Origin: Fidelibacterota bacterium
GTDB lineage: Bacteria; Fidelibacterota; Fidelibacteria; Fidelibacterales; DSDE01
DNA length: 64,000 nt
Reading direction: 5' to 3'
Assembly (NCBI GenBank): GCA_046735395.1
Contig: JBJKQR010000062.1
Coordinates: 64,001-128,000, forward strand
Below, in pieces: positions 10,107 through 20,742 of the stretch. A model generated the notes under the pieces. That model did no database searches and had not been told where the DNA came from. It saw only the letters and a list, made by a program, of their open reading frames with translations. A program made the position numbers and the translations under genes. How positions within the stretch are numbered: position 1 is the first letter of the stretch; each line of letters begins with the position of its first letter.

Positions 10107-11459
10107 CTAGAGAATGTAGCGGCTGAGATCTTCGTTCTCCACGATACCGCCCAGCGATTCCTCCACCATATCCGGCGTTATTTCCACATTTTTTTCCGAA
10201 TCGGGCGCCTCGAACATGAGGTCATCCAGCAGATGAGTCATGATGGTGTGAAGCCGCCGCGCTCCGATATTCTCCGTCTTTTCATTCACATCCGTGGCCT
10301 TCTGGGCAATGGCGCGGATGGCTTCGGGCGTCACCGTCAGCTCCACGCCCTCCGATGACAGCAGAGCCGCGTACTGTTTCAGCAATGCATTCTGGGGAGA
10401 GGTGAGAATCTGAACGAAATCATCCGTCGTCAGGCTGTCCAGTTCCACACGAATGGGAAACCGTCCCTGAAGCTCGGGGATGAGATCAGAGGGTTTGCTC
10501 ATATGAAAGGCACCGGCAGCAATAAAGAGAATATGATCGGTTTTGACGACGCCGTATTTGGTATTGACAGTCGATCCCTCCACGATGGGGAGCAGATCTC
10601 TCTGAACACCGGCCCGGCTCACGTCCACACCGCCGCCCCGGCTCTGATCCGCGGCAATCTTGTCGATTTCATCGAGGAAGACAATCCCGTCATTCTGAAC
10701 TCTGTTCAGCGCCTCGGCAGTAACGGCATTTTTATCAATCAGTTTGGAGGCTTCCTCTTCCGTAAGAATACGGCGGGCCTCCTTCACACTGGTTTTCTGT
10801 TTCTTCTTCTTCTTTCCGAAAAGGGAGCTCATGGCATCGTTGATAAAATCGGATCCGTCATCAAATCCGCCACCGCCGGGTCCGACCGGCCCCATGATGG
10901 ATATTCCGGCCACCGGTTTGCTGTCCTGCACTTCGATTTCCACCAGTTTATCCTCGAACTGGCCCTGGGCATACATATCCTTGAGGCGTTCCCGGGTTGT
11001 ATTGACCCGTTCCGTTTCTTCCGTGTCGCGGGCCATATTGTCCGGTAAGGGAAAAAGAATATTGATAATACGTTCTTCGGCCAGTTCCTGAGCCTTGTCC
11101 CAGACGCGGGTTTCGTATTCCTGTTCGACCATGTTCACCGCAATGGCCGTCAGATCCCGGATAATGCTTTCCACATCCCGGCCCACATAACCCACTTCCG
11201 TGAATTTCGTCGCCTCCACCTTGAGGAAGGGCGCAGCGGCCAGATTGGCGAGACGCCGGGCAATTTCCGTCTTTCCCACGCCCGTCGGCCCGATCATGAT
11301 AATGTTATTTGGAAGAATTTCCTCGCGGATATCATCCTCGATCTGCTGACGACGCCAGCGGTTCCTCAGCGCGATAGCCACGCTTTTCTTCGCCTTCTGC
11401 TGGCCGATGATGTATTTGTCCAGCTCGGCTACAATTTCTCTCGGTTTCAGCATGGTCAT
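10107..11459 (-). CDS. hslU: ATP-dependent protease ATPase subunit HslU
   Basis: [45 protein letters not shown]. Confidence 0.97.
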   Translation of the reverse strand: MTMLKPREIVAELDKYIIGQQKAKKSVAIALRNRWRRQQIEDDIREEILPNNIIMIGPTGVGKTEIARRLANLAAAPFLKVEATKFTEVGYVGRDVESIIRDLTAIAVNMVEQEYETRVWDKAQELAEERIINILFPLPDNMARDTEETERVNTTRERLKDMYAQGQFEDKLVEIEVQDSKPVAGISIMGPVGPGGGGFDDGSDFINDAMSSLFGKKKKKQKTSVKEARRILTEEEASKLIDKNAVTAEALNRVQNDGIVFLDEIDKIAADQSRGGGVDVSRAGVQRDLLPIVEGSTVNTKYGVVKTDHILFIAAGAFHMSKPSDLIPELQGRFPIRVELDSLTTDDFVQILTSPQNALLKQYAALLSSEGVELTVTPEAIRAIAQKATDVNEKTENIGARRLHTIMTHLLDDLMFEAPDSEKNVEITPDMVEESLGGIVENEDLSRYIL

Positions 11460-11995
11460 GATTCCAGCTCCAGAACGGTAATATTTTCATTGGTATAGAT
11501 ACAGATGCCGGCGGCGATTTTCAGAGCCTTTTCTGCAATTTCCGCTGCGTTGAGCTTCGTATTCTGCTTGAGAGCCCGGGCAGCCGCCAGGGCGTAGGGG
11601 CCACCGGATCCGATGGCAAAGAGATTATCGTCCGTATCAATGACATCACCACTGCCGCTGAGCAGATAGCCCTTGTCGCCGTCCATGACGACCATGAGAG
11701 CTTCCAGTTTCTGCAGGTATTTGTCCCGGCGCCATTCCTTGGTCAGCTCCACTGCCGCCCGTGTCAGATTTCCCTTGTACTCCTTGAGCTTGTCCTCAAA
11801 TTTGTCAAACAGGGTGAAGGCATCCGCGGACGCCCCGGCGAAGCCCGTGAGAATGGTATCATTATAAAGTTTGCGCACTTTGACCGTGCTGTGTTTCATG
11901 ACCGTGTTACCCAGAGTGACCTGACCGTCACCGGCAATGGCGGCCTTTCCGTTGTGTATGACACCCAGAATGGTGGTGCTGCGTATTTTTTCCAT
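11456..11995 (-). CDS. hslV: ATP-dependent protease subunit HslV
   Basis: STTIL catalytic Thr, [23 protein letters not shown]. Confidence 0.97.
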   Translation of the reverse strand: MEKIRSTTILGVIHNGKAAIAGDGQVTLGNTVMKHSTVKVRKLYNDTILTGFAGASADAFTLFDKFEDKLKEYKGNLTRAAVELTKEWRRDKYLQKLEALMVVMDGDKGYLLSGSGDVIDTDDNLFAIGSGGPYALAAARALKQNTKLNAAEIAEKALKIAAGICIYTNENITVLELES

Positions 11996-11997
11996 AA

Positions 11998-13392
11998 TCA
12001 GATTTCCCGTCTGAGCCGGGCAATGGGAAGGTTCATCTGTTCGCGGTACTTGGCGACAGTCCGCCGCGCGATGTTATATCCTTCCTTTGCCAGCTCCTTT
12101 ACCAGTTTTTCATCATTAAAGGGTTTGCTCTTATTCTCCGCCTCAATAATACGGCGGAGTGAATTCTTGATTTTTCGCGTGGAGACGTCCTCTCCCTCCG
12201 CGTCCTTCATTCCCTCGGTGAAGAAGAATTTAAGTTCGTGGAGTCCCATGGGCGACTGGACGTACTTGCCGTTCGTGACCCGGCTGATGGTGGAGATGTC
12301 CATGCTCACCATTTCGGCGATATCCTTCAGAATCATGGGTTTGAGGCCATCCGCATTACCCATGAAAAAATCCCGCTGTCTCTCGATAATGGCCTTCATG
12401 ACCCGCATCATGGTATTGCGGCGCTGATGGATGGACTGGATGAACCAGCGGGCCGATTCCACCTTTTTATTGAGATAATCCCGGGTTTCCCGATCCAGGC
12501 TTTCCCGGTGCATGATCATGTTTTCGTAGGATTTGGACAATCTCAGCTCGGGAATATTTCCATCATTGATGGTAATGATGAATTCACCGTGTTCCTCGGT
12601 CACGATAATATCGGGGACAATGTAGTGATTGGAAAATGTGGAGTCCATATCGCCGGGTTTGGGATTCAGCTGAGAAATAACTTTCTGGGCGTATTTCAGA
12701 TCCTCCTCATCGATCTGCATGCTCCGCATGATATTTTCGAAGCGGTGGTTGGCAAAATCATCAAAATGATCCCGGATCAGATCAATGACATAGGGTTCTT
12801 CATGATTCACTTCCAGCTGGATGAGCAGGCATTCCTGCAGATTCCGGGCGGCGATTCCCACCGGATCCAGACGCTGGAGAATCCTCAGCGCGCGCAGCAC
12901 ATCCTCCTCGGACTTTTCCAGGATAAAGGCAATATTTGATACCGGGACACTGAGATAGCCATTGTCATCCAGATTCCAGAGAATGTACTCGGCCACGGAC
13001 ATATCCTCATCACTCATGCCACTGGTCTTGATCTGTTCCAGAACCCGGTCAAAGAGCCGCAGCTCATCGGCCTGGGGCGTATTGATCTCTTCCTTGCTGG
13101 CATCAAAATCCGAACGGGGAATGAATTCATTCTTTCCGTCCCGGTCAAACACCGCGTCCCAGTCATATTCCGGATCCTTGTCGGCGCTCTGCTCCCGCTC
13201 CGTTTCCGCATCCCGCGTCTTCTGCTGCTTGAGAAGGGTCGCTTCCTCATCAATCTCGAGGATGGGATTATTCTCCAGTTCCTGGGTGATATTATTTTCC
13301 AGAATCTGCATGGGCAGCTGCAGAAGGGTGGACAGCAGAATCTGCTGAGGCGTCAGTTTGAGGGTCTGTTCCTGCGTGAGGCCAAGCTTCAT
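11998..13392 (-). CDS. rpoN: RNA polymerase sigma-54 factor
   Basis: Gln/Leu-rich region I, STISRV, RpoN box ARRTVAKYR. Confidence 0.97.
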   Translation of the reverse strand: MKLGLTQEQTLKLTPQQILLSTLLQLPMQILENNITQELENNPILEIDEEATLLKQQKTRDAETEREQSADKDPEYDWDAVFDRDGKNEFIPRSDFDASKEEINTPQADELRLFDRVLEQIKTSGMSDEDMSVAEYILWNLDDNGYLSVPVSNIAFILEKSEEDVLRALRILQRLDPVGIAARNLQECLLIQLEVNHEEPYVIDLIRDHFDDFANHRFENIMRSMQIDEEDLKYAQKVISQLNPKPGDMDSTFSNHYIVPDIIVTEEHGEFIITINDGNIPELRLSKSYENMIMHRESLDRETRDYLNKKVESARWFIQSIHQRRNTMMRVMKAIIERQRDFFMGNADGLKPMILKDIAEMVSMDISTISRVTNGKYVQSPMGLHELKFFFTEGMKDAEGEDVSTRKIKNSLRRIIEAENKSKPFNDEKLVKELAKEGYNIARRTVAKYREQMNLPIARLRREI

Positions 13393-13454
13393 AGCAGACC
13401 CGTTTCAACAGGTGCCGGAGCAGGATCTTCGATGAATGTCACGTTCCGGAATCC

Positions 13455-14180
13455 TTAATTCAGTTTAAAATTTGTACCGAGATACAGCCGTCGGGCTTCT
13501 TCATCTTCCGCCAGTTCCCGGGAAGGGCCTTCCCGGAGTATCCGGCCTTCGAACAGCAGGTAGGAGCGATCGGTGATGGACAGGGTTTCCCGTACATTAT
13601 GATCGGTGATAATCACGCCGATACCCTTTGTCTTCAGCCCCCGGACAATGGCCTGAATATCCTCGACGGCAATGGGATCCACGCCGGCGAAGGGTTCATC
13701 CAGCAGAATGAAATCCGGTTTGGTGGCCAGAGAGCGGGCGATTTCGGTCCGTCGCCGTTCGCCGCCGCTCAGGGTCTGACTGATATTTTTCCGGATATGC
13801 TGAATGTTCAGCTCGTCCAGAAGCCGGTTCAGTTCGCTCTCCCGCTCTTCCCGGGACAGCTTGAGGCTTTCGAGCACCAGCATGATATTGTCTTCCACGC
13901 TCAGCTTCCGGAACACGGATGCTTCCTGAGGCAGATAGCCCAGGCCGAGCCGGGCCCGGCGGTACATGGGCAGATGCGTGATGTTCTGCCCGTTATAGAA
14001 AATATCGCCGCGGTTGGGGCGCACCATGCCGGTGATCATATAAAAAGTCGTGGTCTTCCCGGCGCCATTCGGCCCCAGCAGGCCCACGATCTCCCCGCTG
14101 TGAATTTTCAGGCTCACATCGTTGACCACCCGCCGTTTACCGTAAATCTTCAGAATATGTCTGACATCCAGATCCGCCAT
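13455..14180 (-). CDS. lptB: LPS export ABC transporter ATP-binding protein
   Basis: GPNGAGKTT, YLPQEASVFR, LSGGERRR, LDEPFAGVDP, TDHNVRETL. Confidence 0.96.
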   Translation of the reverse strand: MADLDVRHILKIYGKRRVVNDVSLKIHSGEIVGLLGPNGAGKTTTFYMITGMVRPNRGDIFYNGQNITHLPMYRRARLGLGYLPQEASVFRKLSVEDNIMLVLESLKLSREERESELNRLLDELNIQHIRKNISQTLSGGERRRTEIARSLATKPDFILLDEPFAGVDPIAVEDIQAIVRGLKTKGIGVIITDHNVRETLSITDRSYLLFEGRILREGPSRELAEDEEARRLYLGTNFKLN

Positions 14181-14713
14181 TATCTGCGCATCTCCCTGTA
14201 TGTTCGTCCCCGGGGTTCATCAATGGTCCAGTTCTCAAGCTTCACATCCGACCGGAATCCGGTTCCGAATAATGTATCATTTTCCGAGTACAGTGTAATA
14301 TCACTTTCAGTGTAGACGATATTGCTGTCATTGCGCCAGAAGACCTTGTCCGTCAGCATGGTATAGCCGGAATCGGACACCATGACGACATGCCCCAGCG
14401 CCGTCAGGTGCTCAAGTTTTTCATTGATGATGCCGCTGTCGCTGGTGAGAAAGGAAACATGCTGTCCCAGCTTATCGTAATAATCCACCTTCATGCGCTG
14501 TCCGAGGCGGGTCAGGCCCTCATCCTCGTATTTGAGCAGATGCCCCGCCCTGATCTCCGCGCTCCGGTTTCCATTTTTACTGATGACAAAGGAAAAATCC
14601 CAGCTTTCCTGATCTGGATAGCTGCCGGTGTTTTCCGGAACGGACGGATCACTTTTGCTGCAGCCGGCATTAAGGATAAATAGCATCGTGAATACGCTTA
14701 ACAAAATTCTCAC
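14180..14713 (-). CDS. lptC: LPS export periplasmic protein LptC (lipoprotein)
   Basis: NAGC lipobox, beta-jellyroll motifs (GHVVMVSDSG, TDKVFW, GTGFRSD), position upstream of lptB. GTG start overlaps the pyrG stop; alternative ATG at 14746. Confidence 0.8.
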   Translation of the reverse strand: MRILLSVFTMLFILNAGCSKSDPSVPENTGSYPDQESWDFSFVISKNGNRSAEIRAGHLLKYEDEGLTRLGQRMKVDYYDKLGQHVSFLTSDSGIINEKLEHLTALGHVVMVSDSGYTMLTDKVFWRNDSNIVYTESDITLYSENDTLFGTGFRSDVKLENWTIDEPRGRTYREMRR

Positions 14714-16356
14714 GCGGTCTTTTCCCGGCCTGGTTCCAATCTGCATTTCAGGGATGCGGCGACGAAATCGCGAAAGAGGGGATGTGCGGATGACAGGCGG
14801 GATTTGAATTCAGGATGAAACTGCACCGCTACAAACCACGGGTGATCCGTCAGTTCGACGGCTTCCACCAGATCGTATTTTTCGTTGATTCCGCTGAGAA
14901 CAAGTCCGGCCTTTTTCAGATCATCCCGGTACTCGTTATTCACTTCATAGCGGTGACGATGCCGTTCTTCGATGAGAGCGGCGCCATAGCTGTCATAAAT
15001 TTTACTGCCTTTGGTCAGGCGGCAGGAATACACGCCCAGCCTCATGGTACCGCCTTTATCCTGAATGGATTTCTGTTCCGGAATAAAATCAATGACCGGG
15101 TGTGCCGTATCCGGATTGAATTCGGTGGAATTGGCGTCACTCCAGTTCATTACATTCCGGGAAAATTCAATCACCGCCGTCTGCAGGCCCAGACAGATCC
15201 CGAAATAGGGAATCTTATTTTCACGGGCATAACGGATAGCCGTCAGCTTTCCTTCCACACCCCTCTCACCGAAGCCCCCGGGCACCAGAATCCCATTCAC
15301 ATCCTTGAAATAATTATGAATCCGTTCCTCGTTATTGACTTCCAGATCCTCGGCCTCGATGAATCTCAGATTTACCCGCGTATCATTTTCAATTCCCGCA
15401 TGCACGAAGGATTCCATGATACTCTTGTAGGCATCCAGCAGCGTCGTGTATTTACCCACGATGGCGATGGTCACATCAAAGCTGGGGTTGAGAATGCGGT
15501 TAACTTTGGATTTTAGGCCGGCCGGATCAAATTCCCTGGGAGAGGTGAGAGAAAATTTCTCATTGAGAATATCAATGATTCCCTGTTTATGGAGAATCAA
15601 CGGCACTTCATAGATGGTGGCTGCGTCATAGGCTTCCACCACATTGGCCGGGGGAATATTGCAGAACAGGCCCACTTTTTCGCGGATACTCCGGTCGATC
15701 ATGGGTGTCTCGGAGCGACAGATGAGAATTTCGGGCTGAATACCGATCTCCCGCAGCTTCTGAACACTGTGCTGCGTCGGCTTGGTCTTGATCTCCCCTG
15801 TGGCCTTGATGAAGGGCAGAATGGTCACATGGACATTCAGACAATTGCGGGGTCCATGCAGAAGTTCGAACTGCCGGATGGCCTCGAGAAAGGGCAGGGA
15901 TTCGATATCACCGACAGTCCCCCCCACCTCCGAAATGATAAAATCATATTTATCCGCATCCTGTTCCCGCCGAATCCGTTTGATAATCTCATCGGTAATA
16001 TGGGGAATGACCTGAATCGTGGCGCCCAGATAGTCTCCGCGGCGCTCCCGGTTGATCACCTCATAATAAATCTGTCCGGTGGTGGCATTATTATCCTTGC
16101 TCATCTGCAGATCAAGGAAGCGCTCATAATGGCCCAGATCCAGATCCGTCTCGGAGCCGTCATTGGTAACAAAGACTTCACCGTGCTGAAAGGGACTCAT
16201 GGTCCCGGGATCCACATTGATGTAGGGATCGAATTTCTGTATGGTCACGCGGTATCCGGATTCCTTGAGAAGATAGGCGATACTCGCGGCCGCAATCCCC
16301 TTGCCGATGCCGGAAATCACGCCGCCGGTAATAAAAATATACTTGGTCGGACTCAT
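14710..16356 (-). CDS. pyrG: CTP synthase
   Basis: KYIFITGGVISGIGKG, DPYINVDPGTMSP, KTKPTQHSV, GICLG, ERHRHRYE, QFHPEF. Confidence 0.98.
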   Translation of the reverse strand: MSPTKYIFITGGVISGIGKGIAAASIAYLLKESGYRVTIQKFDPYINVDPGTMSPFQHGEVFVTNDGSETDLDLGHYERFLDLQMSKDNNATTGQIYYEVINRERRGDYLGATIQVIPHITDEIIKRIRREQDADKYDFIISEVGGTVGDIESLPFLEAIRQFELLHGPRNCLNVHVTILPFIKATGEIKTKPTQHSVQKLREIGIQPEILICRSETPMIDRSIREKVGLFCNIPPANVVEAYDAATIYEVPLILHKQGIIDILNEKFSLTSPREFDPAGLKSKVNRILNPSFDVTIAIVGKYTTLLDAYKSIMESFVHAGIENDTRVNLRFIEAEDLEVNNEERIHNYFKDVNGILVPGGFGERGVEGKLTAIRYARENKIPYFGICLGLQTAVIEFSRNVMNWSDANSTEFNPDTAHPVIDFIPEQKSIQDKGGTMRLGVYSCRLTKGSKIYDSYGAALIEERHRHRYEVNNEYRDDLKKAGLVLSGINEKYDLVEAVELTDHPWFVAVQFHPEFKSRLSSAHPLFRDFVAASLKCRLEPGREKTA

Positions 16357-16393
16357 ACCAGCCCCTTTCCTTCTGCCAGCAAAATTCATGAAC

Positions 16394-16693
16394 TCAGTCC
16401 TCATCTTCCCCGATGACACGGGGCACCGTAAAATATTCATCCTGAACCTGCGGGGCATTCGCAAGTACCCGCTCCCGCGCGAGACCCGGAACCGCTTCGT
16501 CCCGCCGGTTCACATTCACATTATCCAGAACCGAACTCAGGGGTTCCACATCTTTCAGGTCCAGAGTATTCAGCATTTCAAAATAGTCAATAATATCTCC
16601 CAGCTGCTTCGAATACCGCTCCGTTTCATCTTCCGTCAGATGAAGCCGGGCCAGTTTTGCGATATGCTGAACGTCTTCCTTTGAAATTGGCAT
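16394..16693 (-). CDS. gatC: Asp/Glu-tRNA amidotransferase subunit C
   Basis: ISKEDVQHIAKLARL...RRDE...LANAP..DEYFTVPRVI. Confidence 0.92.
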   Translation of the reverse strand: MPISKEDVQHIAKLARLHLTEDETERYSKQLGDIIDYFEMLNTLDLKDVEPLSSVLDNVNVNRRDEAVPGLARERVLANAPQVQDEYFTVPRVIGEDED

Positions 16694-16726
16694 GAAACCT
16701 CCTTGCAGATATTGTGCCAAGACGTG

Positions 16727-16755
16727 AATTTATTATAAACGGCAGTCTTTGTCAA
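16727..16755 (-). promoter_or_regulatory. Sigma70-type promoter for the gatC-pyrG operon
   Basis: Minus strand TTGACA (16755-16750), 17 nt, TAAATT (16732-16727). Confidence 0.55.
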
Positions 16756-16821
16756 CTCTTTACAGGACAAAGCGGAGTGGCTGTGAGCCCGAAGGCGGAT
16801 GCTGCTTTTCTGCCATCCGGA

Positions 16822-17601
16822 TCAGGGTGATTCGGGCGGCCCCAAATGCCGGACAGTGCCATGCAAGTCCTCCACAATCGTCTCAATCACGTTCATATCA
16901 CCGTCATAACGGTAGCGATAGCGGAGACGGTTCACCACCGTCCCGGCGTCATCGTACACCGTTTCTTCCCGAAGCAGACCTTCCGGCCCGAATTTCCGCG
17001 TCGTCTTCATCCTGCCGCTCTCATTGAAAAGTGTCTCACTTACAGGAAATTTCCCGCGATGCAGCAGCTCGGCCACGATACGGCCATTCCGGTACCGACG
17101 GATCCGCAGCTCTCCCCCCGCTTCATCATAATCGGATTCAAACACCGGGCGACCCTGACTGTCATATTCGGACTGGGACCGGATCCGGCCGTAATGATCA
17201 TAATCGAAGAGGCTGGTCTTCGTCAGTTTACCCAGGCTGTCATAATCCCGGTCTTCCCGAATCCGACCCTTTTCATCATACATGATCTGACGCTGCACCC
17301 GGCCCTCGTTCCAGGTTTTCTCACGCAGCAACCGGCCTGAAGAGGGATTATACACGGACAGACTCAGGCTGTCGCCCGCATCGGAAAAACAGGTTTCCAG
17401 AACTTTTATCCCCTTATTGTAGTACCGGATACTCCGGGCACGAAGCAGCGTATTCCGTTCAACTATTTTCCCGCTGTAGGGCTTTTTCCCCTTCATCATG
17501 ATTCCGTCATCCCGGAAAGCAGGTTTTCCCGCACACCCCGCGAGAAATAAAAATATCAGGATATAAAAAACCCGGTGTCGAGACGAAAAACAGCTGATCA
17601 T
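16822..17601 (-). CDS. Lipoprotein with YDxxG (MORN2/YwqK-like) repeats
   Basis: LAGC lipobox; repeats YDEKGR, YDSLGK, YDHYGR, YDSQGR, YDEAGG, FNESGR, YDDAGT. Alternative start 17688. Confidence 0.65.
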   Translation of the reverse strand: MISCFSSRHRVFYILIFLFLAGCAGKPAFRDDGIMMKGKKPYSGKIVERNTLLRARSIRYYNKGIKVLETCFSDAGDSLSLSVYNPSSGRLLREKTWNEGRVQRQIMYDEKGRIREDRDYDSLGKLTKTSLFDYDHYGRIRSQSEYDSQGRPVFESDYDEAGGELRIRRYRNGRIVAELLHRGKFPVSETLFNESGRMKTTRKFGPEGLLREETVYDDAGTVVNRLRYRYRYDGDMNVIETIVEDLHGTVRHLGPPESP

Positions 17602-17863
17602 ACGGTAAAATAGGTATTTTTCCCCTGTCGGGCAGGCTTTTTTATTATCCGCTTTCCCGGCAGCTCTGTCTGTTCTCTCCTCAGACATGCAGACCGCCCT
17701 ATCCTTTTTTCAATTTTGATTATAGTTTTCCTAATTATTGGAAAACAATTACTTCGGAGGCTTCACAAAGAATTAATATAGCGTTTTGATTCGCATTTTA
17801 CCGGGCCTGTAAAATTCAAGCTTTATATATTAAAATATTTTTATATAGCAATTACTTTATGTT

Positions 17864-17880
17864 TTGGTACAGGACTTGTA
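17864..17880 (+). promoter_or_regulatory. Putative sigma54 -24/-12 promoter of the psr operon
   Basis: TTGGTACAGGACTTGTA = GG-N10-GT versus consensus TGGCAC-N5-TTGC; AT-rich upstream tract. Confidence 0.4.
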
Positions 17881-17943
17881 ATGTGACCTATAATGGAAAA
17901 AAACAGCTTATGAGGAATTAAAACCAAGATCTGAGGAGTATTC

Positions 17944-20205
17944 ATGATTCACAAGACTTTGAATCGTCGGGAATTCATCAGGATCGCCGGAGCCGGAACG
18001 GGCGGATTAATGGTGGCCGCTCCCCTGTTCAATCCCTTGAAGGGGGAGATCCGGAACGGAAAGTCCGATATCGGGACAGACGACGGAGGCAAGCGTTTTC
18101 CGACCTACTGTGAGGTATGTTTCTGGAAATGCGCCGGCTGGACGCATACGGATGAAAACGGCGAGATCTGGAAGCTGACGGGTAATGATGATGATCCGCA
18201 TTCCAACGGACGTCTGTGTCCCCGCGGTACAGGCGGACTGGGAATGTATTATGACGAAGACAGGCTTAAAACACCGCTGATCCGGACCGAGGAGCGGGGG
18301 AAGCAGGTCTTCAGGGAAGCGAGCTGGGATGAAGCCTTCGACTTTATTGCGGACAAAATGAAACGGATCCGGGATGAGCACGGCCCTGAATGCATGGCCC
18401 TGTTTACGCACGGCTCGGGCGGATCTTTTTTCGGGAATCTGGTCAAAGCCTTCGGGTCAGGCAATATTGCCGCCCCCTCCTATGCCCAGTGCCGGGGCCC
18501 CCGGGAAGTGGCGTTTTATGCCACCTACGGCGAGGGCATCTCATCACCGGAGCGAATTGACATCCGGGATGCGAAAGCGCTGGTTCTGATCGGTACGCAT
18601 ATCGGTGAAAACATGCATAACGGACAGGTTCAGGAATTAACGGAGGCCATTGCAAAAGGCGCATCCGTTATCACTGTGGATCCCCGCTTTTCGGTAGCCG
18701 CGGGAAAATCCAAATACTGGCTGCCCATCAAGCCGGCCACTGACCTGGCGCTGCTCATGGCCTGGATTCATGTCCTGATTTATGAAGATCTGTATGATAA
18801 AAAATATGTTGAAAAATATACATTCGGCTTTGAGCAGCTGAAACAGCATGTAAAGGATATGACGCCGGAATGGGCCTATGGCATCACGACCATCGAACCG
18901 GACACGATCCGGAAAACGGCGAAGGAAATGGCGGCCGCCGCGCCCTCTGTCATCGTCCACCCGGGACGGCACGTGACCTGGTATGGTGACGATACGCAGC
19001 GTCTGAGAGCAGTTGCCATCCTCAATGCCCTGCTGGGAAGCTGGGGACGCCGGGGCGGATTTTATTATCCGGTAAAAGCCCATGTCACCCATTATCCCAC
19101 ACCCAAATATCCCAAACCCAGCCGGGACTGGCGCGATGCCTTTCCCAAGGGCACTTACAATCTGGCCGGGCTGGCTCTGGCCAACGGCCTCTGCGACGCG
19201 ACGGTTCCCTCCCTTAAACGCGATTGCAGCATCAAGGGCTGGATTGTGAACGGAACGAATCTCATTCACACACTGCCGGAGCGAAAAAAGACCATCGAGG
19301 CGATTCAGGCGCTGGACCTCATGGTGGTGGTTGATACCATGCCCATGGAAATCACGGGCTATGCAGATGTCGTTCTCCCCGAATGCACCTACCTCGAACG
19401 TTACGATGAACTTCGTACGGATCAGAACCGCATCCCGAATATTGCCCTGAGGATGCCGGCTGCGGAACCCAAATATAACAGCAAACCGGCCTGGTGGATG
19501 GCCCGGGAAATCGCCAAACGGCTGGATCTTCAGGACTGGTTTCCCTGGGAGACCATTGAGGAGAAGCTGGATTGGGAACTGAAACAGATCGGCTCTTCAC
19601 TCGAGGAAATGAAACGAATCGGTGTGAAGACCTTCGAGCGGGATGCCTACGATGAGATTTACCCCATGGAAGCACTGGCCGATTACGAATTCGGCACCAA
19701 TACGGGAAAAATCGAACTGTATTCCACGGCGCTGGAGGCGGAAGGCTTCGACCCCATGCCACGCTACACGCCGCATGAGGAACCGCAGGCAGGATATTAC
19801 CGTCTCATTTACGGACGGGCGCCCATGCATACCTTTTCACGAACGGCAAACAATCCCAATCTGAATGACCTCATGGATGAAAACGACTGTTGGGTTCACC
19901 CCCAGGTCGCCAGGGAATGGGGCCTGAAGACCGGACAGTACATCTGGCTGGAAAATCAGGACGGGGTGGTCACCAAGACGCCGATCCGCGTCCGGGTGAC
20001 GGAACGCATCCGCTTTGATTCCGTGTACATGGTTCATGGATTCGGGCATAGCAATCCCAAACTCACCCGAGCCTATGGACGGGGCGCCAGTGATACCGAT
20101 CTCATCACGAATGTGAAAGTCGATCCTGTCATGGGCGGTACAGGAATGCGTTCCAATTTTGTCACATTCAGATTCACTGCCGGCGGGAAGGAGGCGGCAT
20201 TATGA
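17944..20205 (+). CDS. Polysulfide/thiosulfate reductase catalytic molybdopterin subunit (PsrA/PhsA family)
   Basis: Tat signal NRREFI, FS0 motif CEVCFWKC...LCPRG, AQCRGP Cys Mo-ligand region, ADVVLP, C-terminal HTFSRT. Confidence 0.88.
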   Translation: MIHKTLNRREFIRIAGAGTGGLMVAAPLFNPLKGEIRNGKSDIGTDDGGKRFPTYCEVCFWKCAGWTHTDENGEIWKLTGNDDDPHSNGRLCPRGTGGLGMYYDEDRLKTPLIRTEERGKQVFREASWDEAFDFIADKMKRIRDEHGPECMALFTHGSGGSFFGNLVKAFGSGNIAAPSYAQCRGPREVAFYATYGEGISSPERIDIRDAKALVLIGTHIGENMHNGQVQELTEAIAKGASVITVDPRFSVAAGKSKYWLPIKPATDLALLMAWIHVLIYEDLYDKKYVEKYTFGFEQLKQHVKDMTPEWAYGITTIEPDTIRKTAKEMAAAAPSVIVHPGRHVTWYGDDTQRLRAVAILNALLGSWGRRGGFYYPVKAHVTHYPTPKYPKPSRDWRDAFPKGTYNLAGLALANGLCDATVPSLKRDCSIKGWIVNGTNLIHTLPERKKTIEAIQALDLMVVVDTMPMEITGYADVVLPECTYLERYDELRTDQNRIPNIALRMPAAEPKYNSKPAWWMAREIAKRLDLQDWFPWETIEEKLDWELKQIGSSLEEMKRIGVKTFERDAYDEIYPMEALADYEFGTNTGKIELYSTALEAEGFDPMPRYTPHEEPQAGYYRLIYGRAPMHTFSRTANNPNLNDLMDENDCWVHPQVAREWGLKTGQYIWLENQDGVVTKTPIRVRVTERIRFDSVYMVHGFGHSNPKLTRAYGRGASDTDLITNVKVDPVMGGTGMRSNFVTFRFTAGGKEAAL

Positions 20206-20735
20206 GATATGGAATGGCCATTGACACACTGCGCTGTGTAGGATGTACGGACTGCGTGGTGGCCTGTCAAACCGAAAACAAGGTTCCCATCGGATTTGCC
20301 CGGGACTGGATTGAGGAAATCACCAGCGGCAGCTATCCGAATCTTCACATGGAAATCCGTTCCGAACGCTGCAATCACTGCAGCAATGCGCCCTGCGTCC
20401 GCACCTGTCCCACTGAAGCCAGCCATTACGGCCCCGGCGGGATCGTCCTGGTGGATCATGATCAGTGCATCGGCTGCAAGGCCTGCATCACCAGCTGCCC
20501 CTATGAGGCTCGCTACGTTCATCCGGAGGGCTATGTGGACAAATGCACATTCTGTCTGCATCGCGTGGAAAAGGGACAATTACCGGCCTGTGTTTCGGTC
20601 TGCCCCACCCACGCCATGACCTTCGGCGATCTGGACAATCCGAATTCGGAGATCAGCCGGCTGATCTCCAGCCGCAAATGGAAGACGCTGGCGCCGGAAG
20701 CCGGAACCGAACCGAATATCTATTATCTACTGTGA
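20202..20735 (+). CDS. 4x[4Fe-4S] electron-transfer subunit (PsrB/PhsB/NrfC family)
   Basis: CVGCTDCVVAC, CNHCSNAPCVRTCP, CIGCKACITSCPY, KCTFC..PACVSVCP. Confidence 0.92.
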   Translation: MRYGMAIDTLRCVGCTDCVVACQTENKVPIGFARDWIEEITSGSYPNLHMEIRSERCNHCSNAPCVRTCPTEASHYGPGGIVLVDHDQCIGCKACITSCPYEARYVHPEGYVDKCTFCLHRVEKGQLPACVSVCPTHAMTFGDLDNPNSEISRLISSRKWKTLAPEAGTEPNIYYLL

Positions 20736-20742
20736 GGTTATT

